Below, in pieces: positions 28,934 through 38,355 of a DNA stretch of 64,000 nucleotides. The position numbers and the translations under genes were made by a program. Origin of the DNA: Clostridia bacterium (GTDB taxonomy: Bacteria > Bacillota > Clostridia > Oscillospirales > CAG-272). Location of the stretch: positions 29,840 to 93,839 of the forward strand of contig JAFVTI010000034.1 of NCBI GenBank assembly GCA_017503325.1, read 5' to 3'. The first letter of the stretch is position 1, and every line of letters starts with the position of its first letter. The notes under the pieces are model-generated. The model had not been told where the DNA came from. It did no database searches and worked only from the letters and a program-made list of their open reading frames with translations.

Positions 28934-30583
28934 TTACTCGACCGCTGCCGCGATCATACCATTGATCTTTTCGCGCATTGCGAGGATGGAGCCGGCGCAG
29001 GTGGCGCATCTGTCAAAGCGGATCTCGCCCAAAATCTCCTCGGCTGCCGCAATCACGGCGTCCTTGCCGTAATACTTTTCGGCCAGCTTCATGGCGCGGA
29101 TGTCCTGCAGCGCTTCGTGGAACACGATGATTCTCAGCGATTCCCATGCCGTGCCGTCAAGGCCGGGGTAAACCGAATAAGTATCTCCGCCCGGCACCCA
29201 ATATTCGCCGCATGCGTCCACGAACGGGTTGATCGGGTCGACAGAGCCGCAGGTGTTATAGAAGTTATATCCCCACTGCAAAAAGCCCGCGATATCATAT
29301 TTATACATCTGATAGCCGATCGATCTGTTTCGCCACGAGGGCATTGCCATCAGGCGGTTGGAGACGTTGACGCATTGGCCGCAGCAATAGTAGGTCCAAA
29401 GGTTTGGCACCTCTGCTTCAATAAAGGATGCGATATGGTCGTTGGAGGGAATGGGCAGGGGAACGATGCCTTGCTTGAAGAATTCAAAATTGGAAAGCGC
29501 GTCCATGATGGGATAGCCCTCCAGAATGTCCGCCACGACCGCCTTTGCCGCCTTATACGACTCTAACTGCTCGGTATTGGGCTCGTCCGAGATATGGAAG
29601 TAGCAACGCTTATCGTCACCGCGTGCTTTCATATGTGCCAGAAAATCGGGCAGGAAGGTGCGCAGGAAGGTGCTGTAATCCTTTCCCGCTGCCTCGGTCT
29701 CCCAACCGAAGATCTTTTTGTATTCGCCGTCCACGGTCGCCATGACCTTGGGAGCGTGCGCCGCGCCCCATTGGGTAAACAGGTGCGCGATCTCAAAATA
29801 TTTGATACCCACGCGGTCGCACATGTCGATCCAGCGATCCAGCTTGTCATAGCCAAAGGAATAGGTATCACCGTTCTTGCAAACGTCGATCAGCTGCACC
29901 GTGGTGCGCTCACCGCCCACGGTGGTGTCCAGCGCGGGGGTAAAGATAGGCGTCAGCAGCAGATTGATGCCGTTTTTCTTTGCAGTCGCGGCAAAATTCT
30001 CCACGATTCTCCAATGCTCCTCGCTCCAAGCGTCCACGCGGTAATAGTTAGCAAGGCAGTCGGTATGGAACCATTGTGTCAAAATCAGCTCCTGCTCGGG
30101 CAGGGATGCACCGATTACTCTCACCTCAAATCTCTCCGTTGCCACCTCGTTGCCAAGTCCGTCCACTAAAGTGATCGCGCAAGGGTACGTGTCTGCGGCC
30201 ACCGAGCCGTCAAGGTCAAATTCCACCCATGCGCTCTGGGTCTGATCCTTCATGATCGAAACCGCGCCGCCGTAGTGCAGAGGCTGCAGCAGATCGGGGT
30301 AAAGCCCCGGCTCGGTGCGCAAGTAGTTGCCGTCGTCACAGCCGGGGAAGGTGGGAATGTCTACACGGATATTCTTGACAAAGCGAACGCTTGCAAAGGG
30401 CGCAAGTGCGCCGTCCACGCGCACGATGGCGCGGCCTGCGTGGTCGGGCTCGCTGCAAAAAAGCAGCTGCACCGAAAAGCGTTCGTTATTGAGTACGGAA
30501 AGCGCGGACAGGGGCTTGAAATCCTCAATTTTCTGATCGGGAAAGCATTTTTCAAGGCTGGAAATGAGAGCTGTTTTGATCAT
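28934..30583 (-). CDS. DUF4091-domain putative glycoside hydrolase
   Basis: TQWFH-DCLA-YY, HISDEP, WTYYCC, GFLQWGYNFY and GD---VYPG. Confidence 0.8.
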   Translation of the reverse strand: MIKTALISSLEKCFPDQKIEDFKPLSALSVLNNERFSVQLLFCSEPDHAGRAIVRVDGALAPFASVRFVKNIRVDIPTFPGCDDGNYLRTEPGLYPDLLQPLHYGGAVSIMKDQTQSAWVEFDLDGSVAADTYPCAITLVDGLGNEVATERFEVRVIGASLPEQELILTQWFHTDCLANYYRVDAWSEEHWRIVENFAATAKKNGINLLLTPIFTPALDTTVGGERTTVQLIDVCKNGDTYSFGYDKLDRWIDMCDRVGIKYFEIAHLFTQWGAAHAPKVMATVDGEYKKIFGWETEAAGKDYSTFLRTFLPDFLAHMKARGDDKRCYFHISDEPNTEQLESYKAAKAVVADILEGYPIMDALSNFEFFKQGIVPLPIPSNDHIASFIEAEVPNLWTYYCCGQCVNVSNRLMAMPSWRNRSIGYQMYKYDIAGFLQWGYNFYNTCGSVDPINPFVDACGEYWVPGGDTYSVYPGLDGTAWESLRIIVFHEALQDIRAMKLAEKYYGKDAVIAAAEEILGEIRFDRCATCAGSILAMREKINGMIAAAVE

Positions 30584-30603
30584 TTGGTCATGTCCTCCGT
30601 TAT

Positions 30604-31401
30604 TTATGATTTTCCGAGTTGCTTGTTACGTTCAAAAGAAGCCTTGACCGCGTCTATTACGGTCTGCTCAAGATTGTCATTTTGCAGCACCTTGACGCCC
30701 TCAATGGTCGAGCCGCCCTTGGAGCAAACGGCCTCGCGCAGCGCGTCGGGGGTTCTGCCGTCATTTTGCAGCATCAGCGCCGCGCCCAGCAGCATTTGCG
30801 AGGCGTAAGCGCAGGCCTGCTCGTAGGAAAGTCCGCATGCCTCGCCGCCCTTGGCAAGCGCGTCGGCAAACATGTAAGCAAAGGCAGGACCGCAGCCCGA
30901 GACCGAGGTGCCCGCGTCAAACAACGCCTCGTCGAGCAGATCAACCTTGCCCGCGTGCTGCATGGCGTAAAGGAAGGTGTCCACCTGCTCGGATGTTGCC
31001 TGCCGGTTATAGCAATAGAGAATCATACCCGCTCCTACCGCCACGGGGGTGTTGGGCATGATGCGGATGACGGGTGCGCCCGGGAACAGCTCTGCAAGGC
31101 GTTCCAGCGTCACGCCCGCGCACATGCTGACAAGGCAAAATGGGGTCTCTCTGCTCTGAAGCACAGGGGAAAGCTCGGCAGCCACCGCGGCAAGCATCTG
31201 CGGCTTGACGCCCAGATAGATCAGGTCGCAGACCGCGCAGACCGTATCGTTGTCGGCCTGTGTCGCGCCTGTTTTTTTGCAAAGCATTTGCGCCTTGAAG
31301 GTGTCGGGGTCGCTGACGTAGAGCGAGCAATCGGTACGCGAAGCGGCAAGGGCAAGCGCACCGCCCATGTTACCTGCACCGATAAATCCAATTCGTTTCA
31401 T
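30604..31401 (-). CDS. proC: Pyrroline-5-carboxylate reductase
   Basis: GFIGAGNMG, RIMPNTP, SGCGPAF and VCSKGGSTIEG. Confidence 0.96.
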   Translation of the reverse strand: MKRIGFIGAGNMGGALALAASRTDCSLYVSDPDTFKAQMLCKKTGATQADNDTVCAVCDLIYLGVKPQMLAAVAAELSPVLQSRETPFCLVSMCAGVTLERLAELFPGAPVIRIMPNTPVAVGAGMILYCYNRQATSEQVDTFLYAMQHAGKVDLLDEALFDAGTSVSGCGPAFAYMFADALAKGGEACGLSYEQACAYASQMLLGAALMLQNDGRTPDALREAVCSKGGSTIEGVKVLQNDNLEQTVIDAVKASFERNKQLGKS

Positions 31402-31410
31402 ATAAGCTCC

Positions 31411-32670
31411 TTATCTGACTTGACCGTTTCCGGTGATCACGTATTTGTAAGTCGTCAGCTCGCAAAGCCCCATCGGGCCGCGCGCGTGCAGCTTTTGGGT
31501 GGAGATGCCCATCTCACAGCCAAAGCCAAATTCACCGCCGTCGGTAAAGCGGGTGGACACGTTGACGTAGACCGACGAGGAATCCACGCCGCGCACGAAT
31601 GCGTCGATGGCCGCGTCGTCGGTGGCGATAATGGCCTCGGAGTGCCCCGTGGAGTGTGCGCCGATGTGGAAGATCGCCTCGTCCGCGCTGTCCACAATGC
31701 CCACGGCTAAGATATAGTCCAAAAATTCGGTGTCAAAATCGTTCTCGCCTGTAGGAATTGCATCAATGATGGCGCATGCGCGCGCATCTGCTCTGAGCTC
31801 GACCGGAATATTGCCCGCGTCGCGTCGCGCGTCAACCAGTCGCGCCTTGAGCAGGGGAAGAAAACCGGCTGCAATATCCTTGTGTACCAGGCATACCTCG
31901 CATGCGTTGCAAACCGAGGGGCGGCTGGTCTTGGCGTTGTCTAAAATATTCAGAGCCTTGTCAAAGTCGGCACTTTTGTCCACGTAAACGTGGCAGATGC
32001 CCGTGCCGGTCTGAATGCAGGGAACCGTGGCGTTTTCGATGCAGGAGCGGATCAGCCCCGCGCCGCCGCGCGGGATCAGCATATCCACGTAGCCGTTGGC
32101 CTTCATCAGATCTGTCGCACTCTGGCGAGAGGTGTCCTCCACCAGGTTGACAAGATCCTCGCAAAGTCCCGCATCCAAAAGTCCCTTGCGAAGGGCTGAG
32201 ACGATGGCGGCTGCGGACAGAGCCGCATCACGTCCCGGGCGCAGCACGCAAACGCTGCCCGCCTTGATGGCAAGGGCGGCGGCGTCCGAGGTCACGTTGG
32301 GGCGGCTTTCGTAAATGATGGCGATCACGCCCATAGCCGAGGAGATCTTGCGCACCACCATGCCGTTGGGTCGCTCAAAGCATGCAAGCTCGCGCCCCAA
32401 AGGGGAGGGGAGCGATACCACGTCCAGAATACCGTTGGCCATGCCGCGGATGCGCGCGGCATCCAGGCGCAGTCTGTCTAACATCACATCCGAAATGCGG
32501 CCGCGTGCGGCCTCTACGTCCTTTTGGTTGGCGGCAAGAATGGCGTCTGTGTCTGCCACAAGCGCGCCTGCCATGGCGGTCAGCGCCGCATCGATCTGCT
32601 CGGGTGTATAATTTCTGATTTCGGTCACCGCGTGTTTGGCGGTCACTAAAATTTCTTGTGTTGTTCTCAT
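31411..32670 (-). CDS. proA: Glutamate-5-semialdehyde dehydrogenase
   Basis: IIYESRPNVT, IPRGG, VCNACE and STQKLHARGPMG. Confidence 0.97.
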   Translation of the reverse strand: MRTTQEILVTAKHAVTEIRNYTPEQIDAALTAMAGALVADTDAILAANQKDVEAARGRISDVMLDRLRLDAARIRGMANGILDVVSLPSPLGRELACFERPNGMVVRKISSAMGVIAIIYESRPNVTSDAAALAIKAGSVCVLRPGRDAALSAAAIVSALRKGLLDAGLCEDLVNLVEDTSRQSATDLMKANGYVDMLIPRGGAGLIRSCIENATVPCIQTGTGICHVYVDKSADFDKALNILDNAKTSRPSVCNACEVCLVHKDIAAGFLPLLKARLVDARRDAGNIPVELRADARACAIIDAIPTGENDFDTEFLDYILAVGIVDSADEAIFHIGAHSTGHSEAIIATDDAAIDAFVRGVDSSSVYVNVSTRFTDGGEFGFGCEMGISTQKLHARGPMGLCELTTYKYVITGNGQVR

Positions 32671-32673
32671 GCC

Positions 32674-33444
32674 TTATTCTCCTTTTGCGTGAAAGCGCGT
32701 GCCCACGGCCTTGCCGTCAAGGATATCGTAAAGTGACTCGGGGTCGCGGCCGTTGGCGATCACCATGTCGCAGCCCGCGCCGGTTGCGATCTGTGCCGCG
32801 CGCAGCTTGGTAGCCATGCCGCCCGTGCCAAGCGAGGAGCCTGCGCTGCCGCCAAGTGCAAGAATGCGCTCGTCCAGCTCGTAAACGTCCGAGATCAGCT
32901 GCGCATCGGCGTTCTTGTGGGGGTCTGCGGTATAAAGACCGTCAATGTCGGAAAGAAGCACCAGCAAATCGGCATGTGTGCTCTCTGCCACAATGGCTGC
33001 CAGCGTGTCGTTGTCGCCGATCTCAATCTCCTCGGTGGCCACCGTGTCGTTTTCGTTGATGATGGGCAGCACCGAAAGCGCGAGGAGGCGACTCATGGTG
33101 TTCTCAAAATTTTGGTGGCGATCCGCATGACGAAGATCCTCTGCAGTCAGCAGGATCTGTGCCACGGTGTGATTATATTCTGCAAAAAGCTTGTCGTAAG
33201 TATACATCAGCTCGCATTGACCCACGGCAGCCGCGGCCTGCTTGCCTGCGGTGTCGCGCGGGCGAGATGGAAGCCCCAGCTTGCCCACACCCATGCCGAT
33301 CGCGCCCGAGGAGACCAAAATGATCTCGTGCCCCGCGTTTTTGAGGTCGGAGAGCACCTTGCAAAGCTGCTCGATACGCTTGATATTGAGTCTGCCCGTG
33401 GCGTGCGCCAGCGTGGACGTGCCGATTTTGACAACCGTTTTCAT
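32674..33444 (-). CDS. proB: Glutamate 5-kinase (short form, no PUA domain)
   Basis: VVKIGTS, VSSGAI, INENDTV, GDNDTL and GTGGMATK. Confidence 0.97.
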   Translation of the reverse strand: MKTVVKIGTSTLAHATGRLNIKRIEQLCKVLSDLKNAGHEIILVSSGAIGMGVGKLGLPSRPRDTAGKQAAAAVGQCELMYTYDKLFAEYNHTVAQILLTAEDLRHADRHQNFENTMSRLLALSVLPIINENDTVATEEIEIGDNDTLAAIVAESTHADLLVLLSDIDGLYTADPHKNADAQLISDVYELDERILALGGSAGSSLGTGGMATKLRAAQIATGAGCDMVIANGRDPESLYDILDGKAVGTRFHAKGE

Positions 33445-33579
33445 GGAAAATACCCCTCCTTGGATGAAAGGATTTTAGTTTGCTAAATAGTTAGTATCAT
33501 TATAGCATATTATCATGCCGTGCGCAAGAGAAAGAGCAAAAAAAGCAGAGCGAAAAGGATTTTTCGCTCTGCTTTGTTT

Positions 33580-34548
33580 TTATTCGCTTTGTTTCCAGGA
33601 AGGGATCTGATCCTTGTAGACCGTATAGAACTCGGTGTTGGTGACAAGGTAGACGCCCTCGGCCTCGCTCATCATCTTAACCAGCTGCTCAAAGGTCTCG
33701 TAGCCCTTTCCGCCGTTGAGATCCAGCTCGTAAGCGTGTCCCCATACGTAAAAGAGCATATCCTCGGTGCACTCGGCGTCAATGAATTCCTGCGCCAATG
33801 TCAGGCAACGGGGGTCAACGATTGAGCAGGTGGGCATCCACTTCATAAAGTATTCGGGCAGCGCAAAGCTGTAGGTCGAGGTCGTGCCGCGTGCAAAGCG
33901 GATGTCGGTATTTTCCAGCACCAGCTCAATGGTCTTGTCGGTGTATTCGGTGTCACCGCCCGGCCATGCCATGCCAACGGGACGCACGCCTGTCAGCTCT
34001 TCAATGTTGTCGGCATCCTTGCCAACCTCTTTTTTGATCTGATTTGCGCGCTTGTCGTAGTTCTTGAGCGAGGGGTGATTGAGCGTGTGCACCAGCACCT
34101 CGTAGCCGTCGTAAATGCCGGTTTTGAGCTCCTCCTCGGTAAAGCGTTGATGGGGAATAGAGGGGTCACCGATCGCAGGACCTACCCAATCCCAATTTGC
34201 ACCGTAAAGGCCGGTGTTGATGTTGAAGGAAATACACTTGACGTCATATTTTTTCAGGATCTCAATGACCTTCAGATCCTGCGTAATGCCGTCGTCAAAG
34301 CTGAGTGTGAAAAATTTCTTGGGCTTTCCGTCGTTTGGCACAATGGTTACCTCCTCTGTGGCAATTTCCGTGACAGGCTCGGTCGTAGGCTCGGCCTCGG
34401 TTTCGGTGGGGGTCTCTGTTGCTTGCTGGGTTGCGGGCTCGGTGTCTGCGGGTGTGGTCTGCTCTGGGGCAGAGGCGCTGTCACAAGCAGAGAGCATGGC
34501 CGTCATACCAAGCAGCAGGGCAAGCGCGATTTTTGCTGCGTGTTTCAC
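33580..34548 (-). CDS. Polysaccharide deacetylase (CE4) lipoprotein
   Basis: Lipobox MLSAC, T/E/P linker, TLSFDDG, HT--HP and VWGHAYE; GTG start after GGAGGA. Confidence 0.85.
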   Translation of the reverse strand: MKHAAKIALALLLGMTAMLSACDSASAPEQTTPADTEPATQQATETPTETEAEPTTEPVTEIATEEVTIVPNDGKPKKFFTLSFDDGITQDLKVIEILKKYDVKCISFNINTGLYGANWDWVGPAIGDPSIPHQRFTEEELKTGIYDGYEVLVHTLNHPSLKNYDKRANQIKKEVGKDADNIEELTGVRPVGMAWPGGDTEYTDKTIELVLENTDIRFARGTTSTYSFALPEYFMKWMPTCSIVDPRCLTLAQEFIDAECTEDMLFYVWGHAYELDLNGGKGYETFEQLVKMMSEAEGVYLVTNTEFYTVYKDQIPSWKQSE

Positions 34549-34603
34549 GTTTGTATCCTCCAATTCCTTGATAATTCCATTATATCAAACGGATACTCGC
34601 TTG

Positions 34604-35044
34604 TCAACCGTTGTTTTGAAGATGCGCCAAAAGCTTTTTCATGGCCTCGCTGTAGCTGTCAAAGCCAAGACCTGTCACGCGCACCACGCATACGGGGGTG
34701 ACGTAAGAAATATGACGAAATGCCTCGCGGCTGTCCACGTCAGATAAGTGTACCTCGGCCGAGGGGATCTCCACGGCGGCAATCGCGTCGGCAATGGCCA
34801 CGCTTGTGTGCGTGTAAGCGGCGGGGTTGATCACAATGCCGTCGTATTTGCCAAGCGCGTCCTGAATGGCGTCCACGATCACGCCCTCGTGATTGGTCTG
34901 CATGATGTCGACCTCAATGCCAAGCGCGGCGGCGGTTGCCTTGATATGCTCGCAAAGCGCGGCGTAGGACTTGTTGCCGTAAATGGCGGGCTCACGACGG
35001 CCAAGCAGGTTGAGATTGGGGCCGTTGATGACTAAAAACTTCAT
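34604..35044 (-). CDS. aroQ: Type II 3-dehydroquinate dehydratase
   Basis: INGPNLNLLG-REP--YG, INPAAYTHTS and EVHLS. Confidence 0.96.
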   Translation of the reverse strand: MKFLVINGPNLNLLGRREPAIYGNKSYAALCEHIKATAAALGIEVDIMQTNHEGVIVDAIQDALGKYDGIVINPAAYTHTSVAIADAIAAVEIPSAEVHLSDVDSREAFRHISYVTPVCVVRVTGLGFDSYSEAMKKLLAHLQNNG

Positions 35045-36267
35045 AAAATTACCTCCAAAATGCGTGCGGCAACCGCTTCGGGTGTGCCATCGTTGGGGAT
35101 TATGGTATCTGCAAATGCACGGTAGAGCGGCTCGCGGATGCGGTACATATCGGCAAGCTTATTTGCCTGTGAGAGCGGTCTGCCGTCGCAGGGGAGATCT
35201 TGCAGCGGACGTGTCAGCCAAACGACCGTACCGTTTTGCTCCAGCGGGTACCGGTTTTCGGGGCGGGTCACAACACCGCCGCCCGTGGCGATGATCTGCC
35301 CGTGAGCGGCACCCACCTCGCAGACGACTTGGTGCTCGATGGCGCGAAACGTATTCTCGCCATCGTCAGCAAAAATCTCGGGGATGGATTTGCCCGCCTT
35401 TTGCACGATCAGCGCGTCGGTGTCCACGAATTTCTTGCCCGTCAGGGTCGCAAGTATTGCACCGATGGTGGATTTGCCGCAGCCCGGCATGCCGATCAGT
35501 ACGATATTTGCGCTCTCGGCTGCAAAGGTGCGCACGATGCGCTCGATCTGCGCGGTGTCCACGGGTGTGCCTGTAAAGCGCTCGTGTCCCGCAGCCGCCT
35601 GCGCGACCAGCATGGAAAGACCGTTGGTACAGGGAATGCCAAGCTGCTCGGCTTGCGCCAAGAATGCGGTGCGCGCGGGATTGTAGATCATGTCCGCCGC
35701 GCCGCAAAGATGCGGGAATTGGGTAAGATCCACAGGTGAGATGCCCGATTTCGGGTACATGCCCACGGGCGTGCAGTTGATGATGACCTGGGCGTCGCCG
35801 TGCAGGCTGTATACGTTGTCGTAATTGACCTCTCCCGAGCGCGAAACGATGACCACCTCGGCAGCGTCCGCATCACGCGCGACCGCAACTGCTGTCTTGG
35901 ATGCACCGCCCGAGCCAAGGATCAGTACCTTTTTGCCTGCAAGAGCAATGCCTGCGGACGAAAGCGCATAGGAAAAGCCGAAATAGTCGGTGTTGTCGCC
36001 AAGCAAGGTGCCGTCCGCACGACGCGTGACGGTGTTGACCGCGCCCAGCTTCTCGGCAGCAGGGGTCAGCGCGTCAAGGAAAGGGATCACGACTTGCTTA
36101 TATGGAATTGTCACGTTCATACCCACATAATCGCCGTGTTTGACAAACTCTCCCACCTCGTCGGGAGCAAGCTCCTTCAAGGTGTAGTCGGGATTGCCCA
36201 GCATGGCGTGGATCTGGGGCGAAAAGCTGTGCGAGAGATGCTCGCCGATTAAGTAAAAATGGCTCAT
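35041..36267 (-). CDS. aroE: Shikimate dehydrogenase-shikimate kinase fusion (AroE-AroK)
   Basis: HSFSP-IH, NVTIPYK, NTD and GSGG, then IGMPGCGKST, ATGGG and RPL. Confidence 0.93.
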   Translation of the reverse strand: MSHFYLIGEHLSHSFSPQIHAMLGNPDYTLKELAPDEVGEFVKHGDYVGMNVTIPYKQVVIPFLDALTPAAEKLGAVNTVTRRADGTLLGDNTDYFGFSYALSSAGIALAGKKVLILGSGGASKTAVAVARDADAAEVVIVSRSGEVNYDNVYSLHGDAQVIINCTPVGMYPKSGISPVDLTQFPHLCGAADMIYNPARTAFLAQAEQLGIPCTNGLSMLVAQAAAGHERFTGTPVDTAQIERIVRTFAAESANIVLIGMPGCGKSTIGAILATLTGKKFVDTDALIVQKAGKSIPEIFADDGENTFRAIEHQVVCEVGAAHGQIIATGGGVVTRPENRYPLEQNGTVVWLTRPLQDLPCDGRPLSQANKLADMYRIREPLYRAFADTIIPNDGTPEAVAARILEVIL

Positions 36268-36417
36268 ATCAATTTCCATGCCGCCTTTGGCGGCTCAAAT
36301 AGTGATGGAAACTTCACCGTGGAGCTTTGCTCCAAAAATGGGCCGAGACCCATTTTTAGGTGAAGTTTATGCGTGAATGGTTGCGTATAAAGGAATATCA
36401 CGTGAACTTTCACGCTA
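36262..36417 (-). mobile_element. 156-bp structured intergenic element (family E), copy 1
   Basis: 153/156 identical to 43610-43765 in inverted orientation; nested hairpins; runs from the upstream TAG to the downstream ATGAGC. Confidence 0.75.
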
Positions 36418-37248
36418 GAACTCCATGAGTGCGGGGATTGCCCTGTAAGGGAAGGATGCGCGCTGATCGGATGTCAACAAGTGCTCGGCCTGCAGCAGCG
36501 CGTAAGCAAAATTGACTTCAATATCGTTTGCGGTGCGGTCGAAGGCAAATTCGCCGCATTGTGCATAGTCGAGATCGCTGTTGCGCTTGCCTGTAAAGCG
36601 TTGGCGGTTGTAAAGAATTTTGGCAATATTGAGGCGCGTGCTGCCCTCGTTTCTGCTGACTGTGGCAACGTATGCGGGGGCACTGTCGGCATACAGGCAG
36701 CACTTTCTGTGCCCGCCCTCTTCAAAGTATTCAAGAAACGTGTAGCAAAGGTCGCAGAGCGAGGCGGGAGATACCTTGATCTTATCTTCCCCGACAAGTG
36801 CGTCCGCATCGTCCTCTTCAAAGGAGGGATTGCCAAAGCACAGGTAAAGATCCCCGTCAATCGCTTCGATTGTCATCTCGGGCGAGGAAATGCTGTACTT
36901 GCGGCGCAGGGCGTCGCAAGCCTCGGTATAAGCCGAGTCGGAAAGCTCGTAGGGCGTGATCTCACCCTCGATCTGCTCGGCACAAAGCAGAGCACACAGG
37001 CGTGTATTGAATTTGGACTTGCTCTCCAAAAACATCTTATTGCTCTTGAAAAAGGCCGCACCCTTTTCGGTCAGCGCGTATCCTTCGATATATCCGCCTG
37101 CGCAAAGCTTGCCGAGAGAAAAGGCAAGCGCACCTTTTGAGAGCGGATAGGGCAGAGAGGCGCAAGCGGCCTCCAAGAGCGCATCAAGCGCGGTCTTTTT
37201 GTCGCGAATGGCGGCAAGCACCTTGTAATCAATGACTGTATAAAACAT
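36415..37248 (-). CDS. Hypothetical protein with possible N-terminal winged helix, inside the aro operon
   Basis: 277-aa ORF, RBS AAGGGGG directly after the aroC stop; L---GYI--Y-LT-KG wHTH-like segment. Confidence 0.75.
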   Translation of the reverse strand: MFYTVIDYKVLAAIRDKKTALDALLEAACASLPYPLSKGALAFSLGKLCAGGYIEGYALTEKGAAFFKSNKMFLESKSKFNTRLCALLCAEQIEGEITPYELSDSAYTEACDALRRKYSISSPEMTIEAIDGDLYLCFGNPSFEEDDADALVGEDKIKVSPASLCDLCYTFLEYFEEGGHRKCCLYADSAPAYVATVSRNEGSTRLNIAKILYNRQRFTGKRNSDLDYAQCGEFAFDRTANDIEVNFAYALLQAEHLLTSDQRASFPYRAIPALMEF

Positions 37249-37257
37249 AAAGCCCCC

Positions 37258-38343
37258 TTATTCGTCAAGCAGAAGATCGACCATGGCAAGTGCTGCCGCA
37301 GCCTCCACAACGGGTACTGCGCGGGGCACAATGCAGGGGTCGTGTCTGCCCTTGATTTGCAGCTTGGTATTTTCCATGCGGGAGCAGCTGATGCTGTCCT
37401 GTTCCTTGGCGATCGAGGGCGTGGGCTTGATGGCCACCGTGAACAGAATGGGCATGCCATAAGTCATGCCGCCAAGTATGCCTCCTGCGAAATTGGTGGC
37501 GGTATAGATATCGGAGCCGTATGGCAGGATCAGGATGGGATCGTTATTCTCCGAGCCGCGCATTTCGGCAACGGCAAAGCCTGCGCCAAACGAAATGCCC
37601 TTGACTGCAGGAATGCCCCACACAGCCTCGGAGATGGCACTTTCCACCGAGCGGAACATGTGCTCGCCAAGGCCCGCGGGCACGCCCACGATCTTGCATT
37701 CGATCGTGCCGCCCACCGAGTCGCCATCGGCGCGCGCGTCCGCAATGATTTGCTTCATCTGCTCGCCTGCTGCCATGTCAAGCACGGGAAAATCGGGATC
37801 AGCATAAGCGTCAAACGTGCTGCCCACGGGATCGTAAGGCGTATCGCACACACCGCCGATACACAGCGCGTGCGCGCCGATGCGGATGCCCTTGGTGGCA
37901 AGGTATTGCAGGCAGATGCCGCCCGCTACGCACATAAGTGCGGTCAAGCGTCCCGAAAAGTGTCCGCCGCCGCGCAGATCCACCGCGTCACCGTACTTCA
38001 GTCGCGCGGCAAGATCGGCGTGGCCGGGACGGGGAACGTCGAAATCATAGTCCTGTGAGCGGGTGTTGGTGTTGTAAATGACCGCCTCGATGGGCGAGCC
38101 GTCTGTATAAAGCAAGCCGTCCGCGCCCTGTGTCATGCCGCTTTTGAAGTGCGGCTGATCGGCTTCTTTGCGCGGGGTGGACCAAGCGTTCTGCCCGGGG
38201 GCGCGACGCGCAAGGAAGGCCTGCAGCACGGTCATGTCTACGGCAATGCCTGCGGGCAAACCCGAGAGCGTCATGGAGATCTCGGGGTCGTGCGAGCCGC
38301 CGCGGATGTCCAAGCGAATATTTTTTCCGTAAGGATGGGGCAT
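37258..38343 (-). CDS. aroC: Chorismate synthase
   Basis: RPGHAD, GGGHFSGRLTA, KPTPSI and GRHDPCIVPRA. Confidence 0.97.
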   Translation of the reverse strand: MPHPYGKNIRLDIRGGSHDPEISMTLSGLPAGIAVDMTVLQAFLARRAPGQNAWSTPRKEADQPHFKSGMTQGADGLLYTDGSPIEAVIYNTNTRSQDYDFDVPRPGHADLAARLKYGDAVDLRGGGHFSGRLTALMCVAGGICLQYLATKGIRIGAHALCIGGVCDTPYDPVGSTFDAYADPDFPVLDMAAGEQMKQIIADARADGDSVGGTIECKIVGVPAGLGEHMFRSVESAISEAVWGIPAVKGISFGAGFAVAEMRGSENNDPILILPYGSDIYTATNFAGGILGGMTYGMPILFTVAIKPTPSIAKEQDSISCSRMENTKLQIKGRHDPCIVPRAVPVVEAAAALAMVDLLLDE

Positions 38344-38355
38344 AAAAAGCTCCTT

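Noticed and set aside
35041-36267. AroE-AroK fusion as a novelty
   Set aside because: The fusion is familiar in Clostridia.
36268-36279. MEID N-terminal extension on aroE (and on mutY at 43748)
   Set aside because: It derives from the 156-bp element; the downstream ATG is the more likely start, although use of the upstream ATG cannot be excluded.
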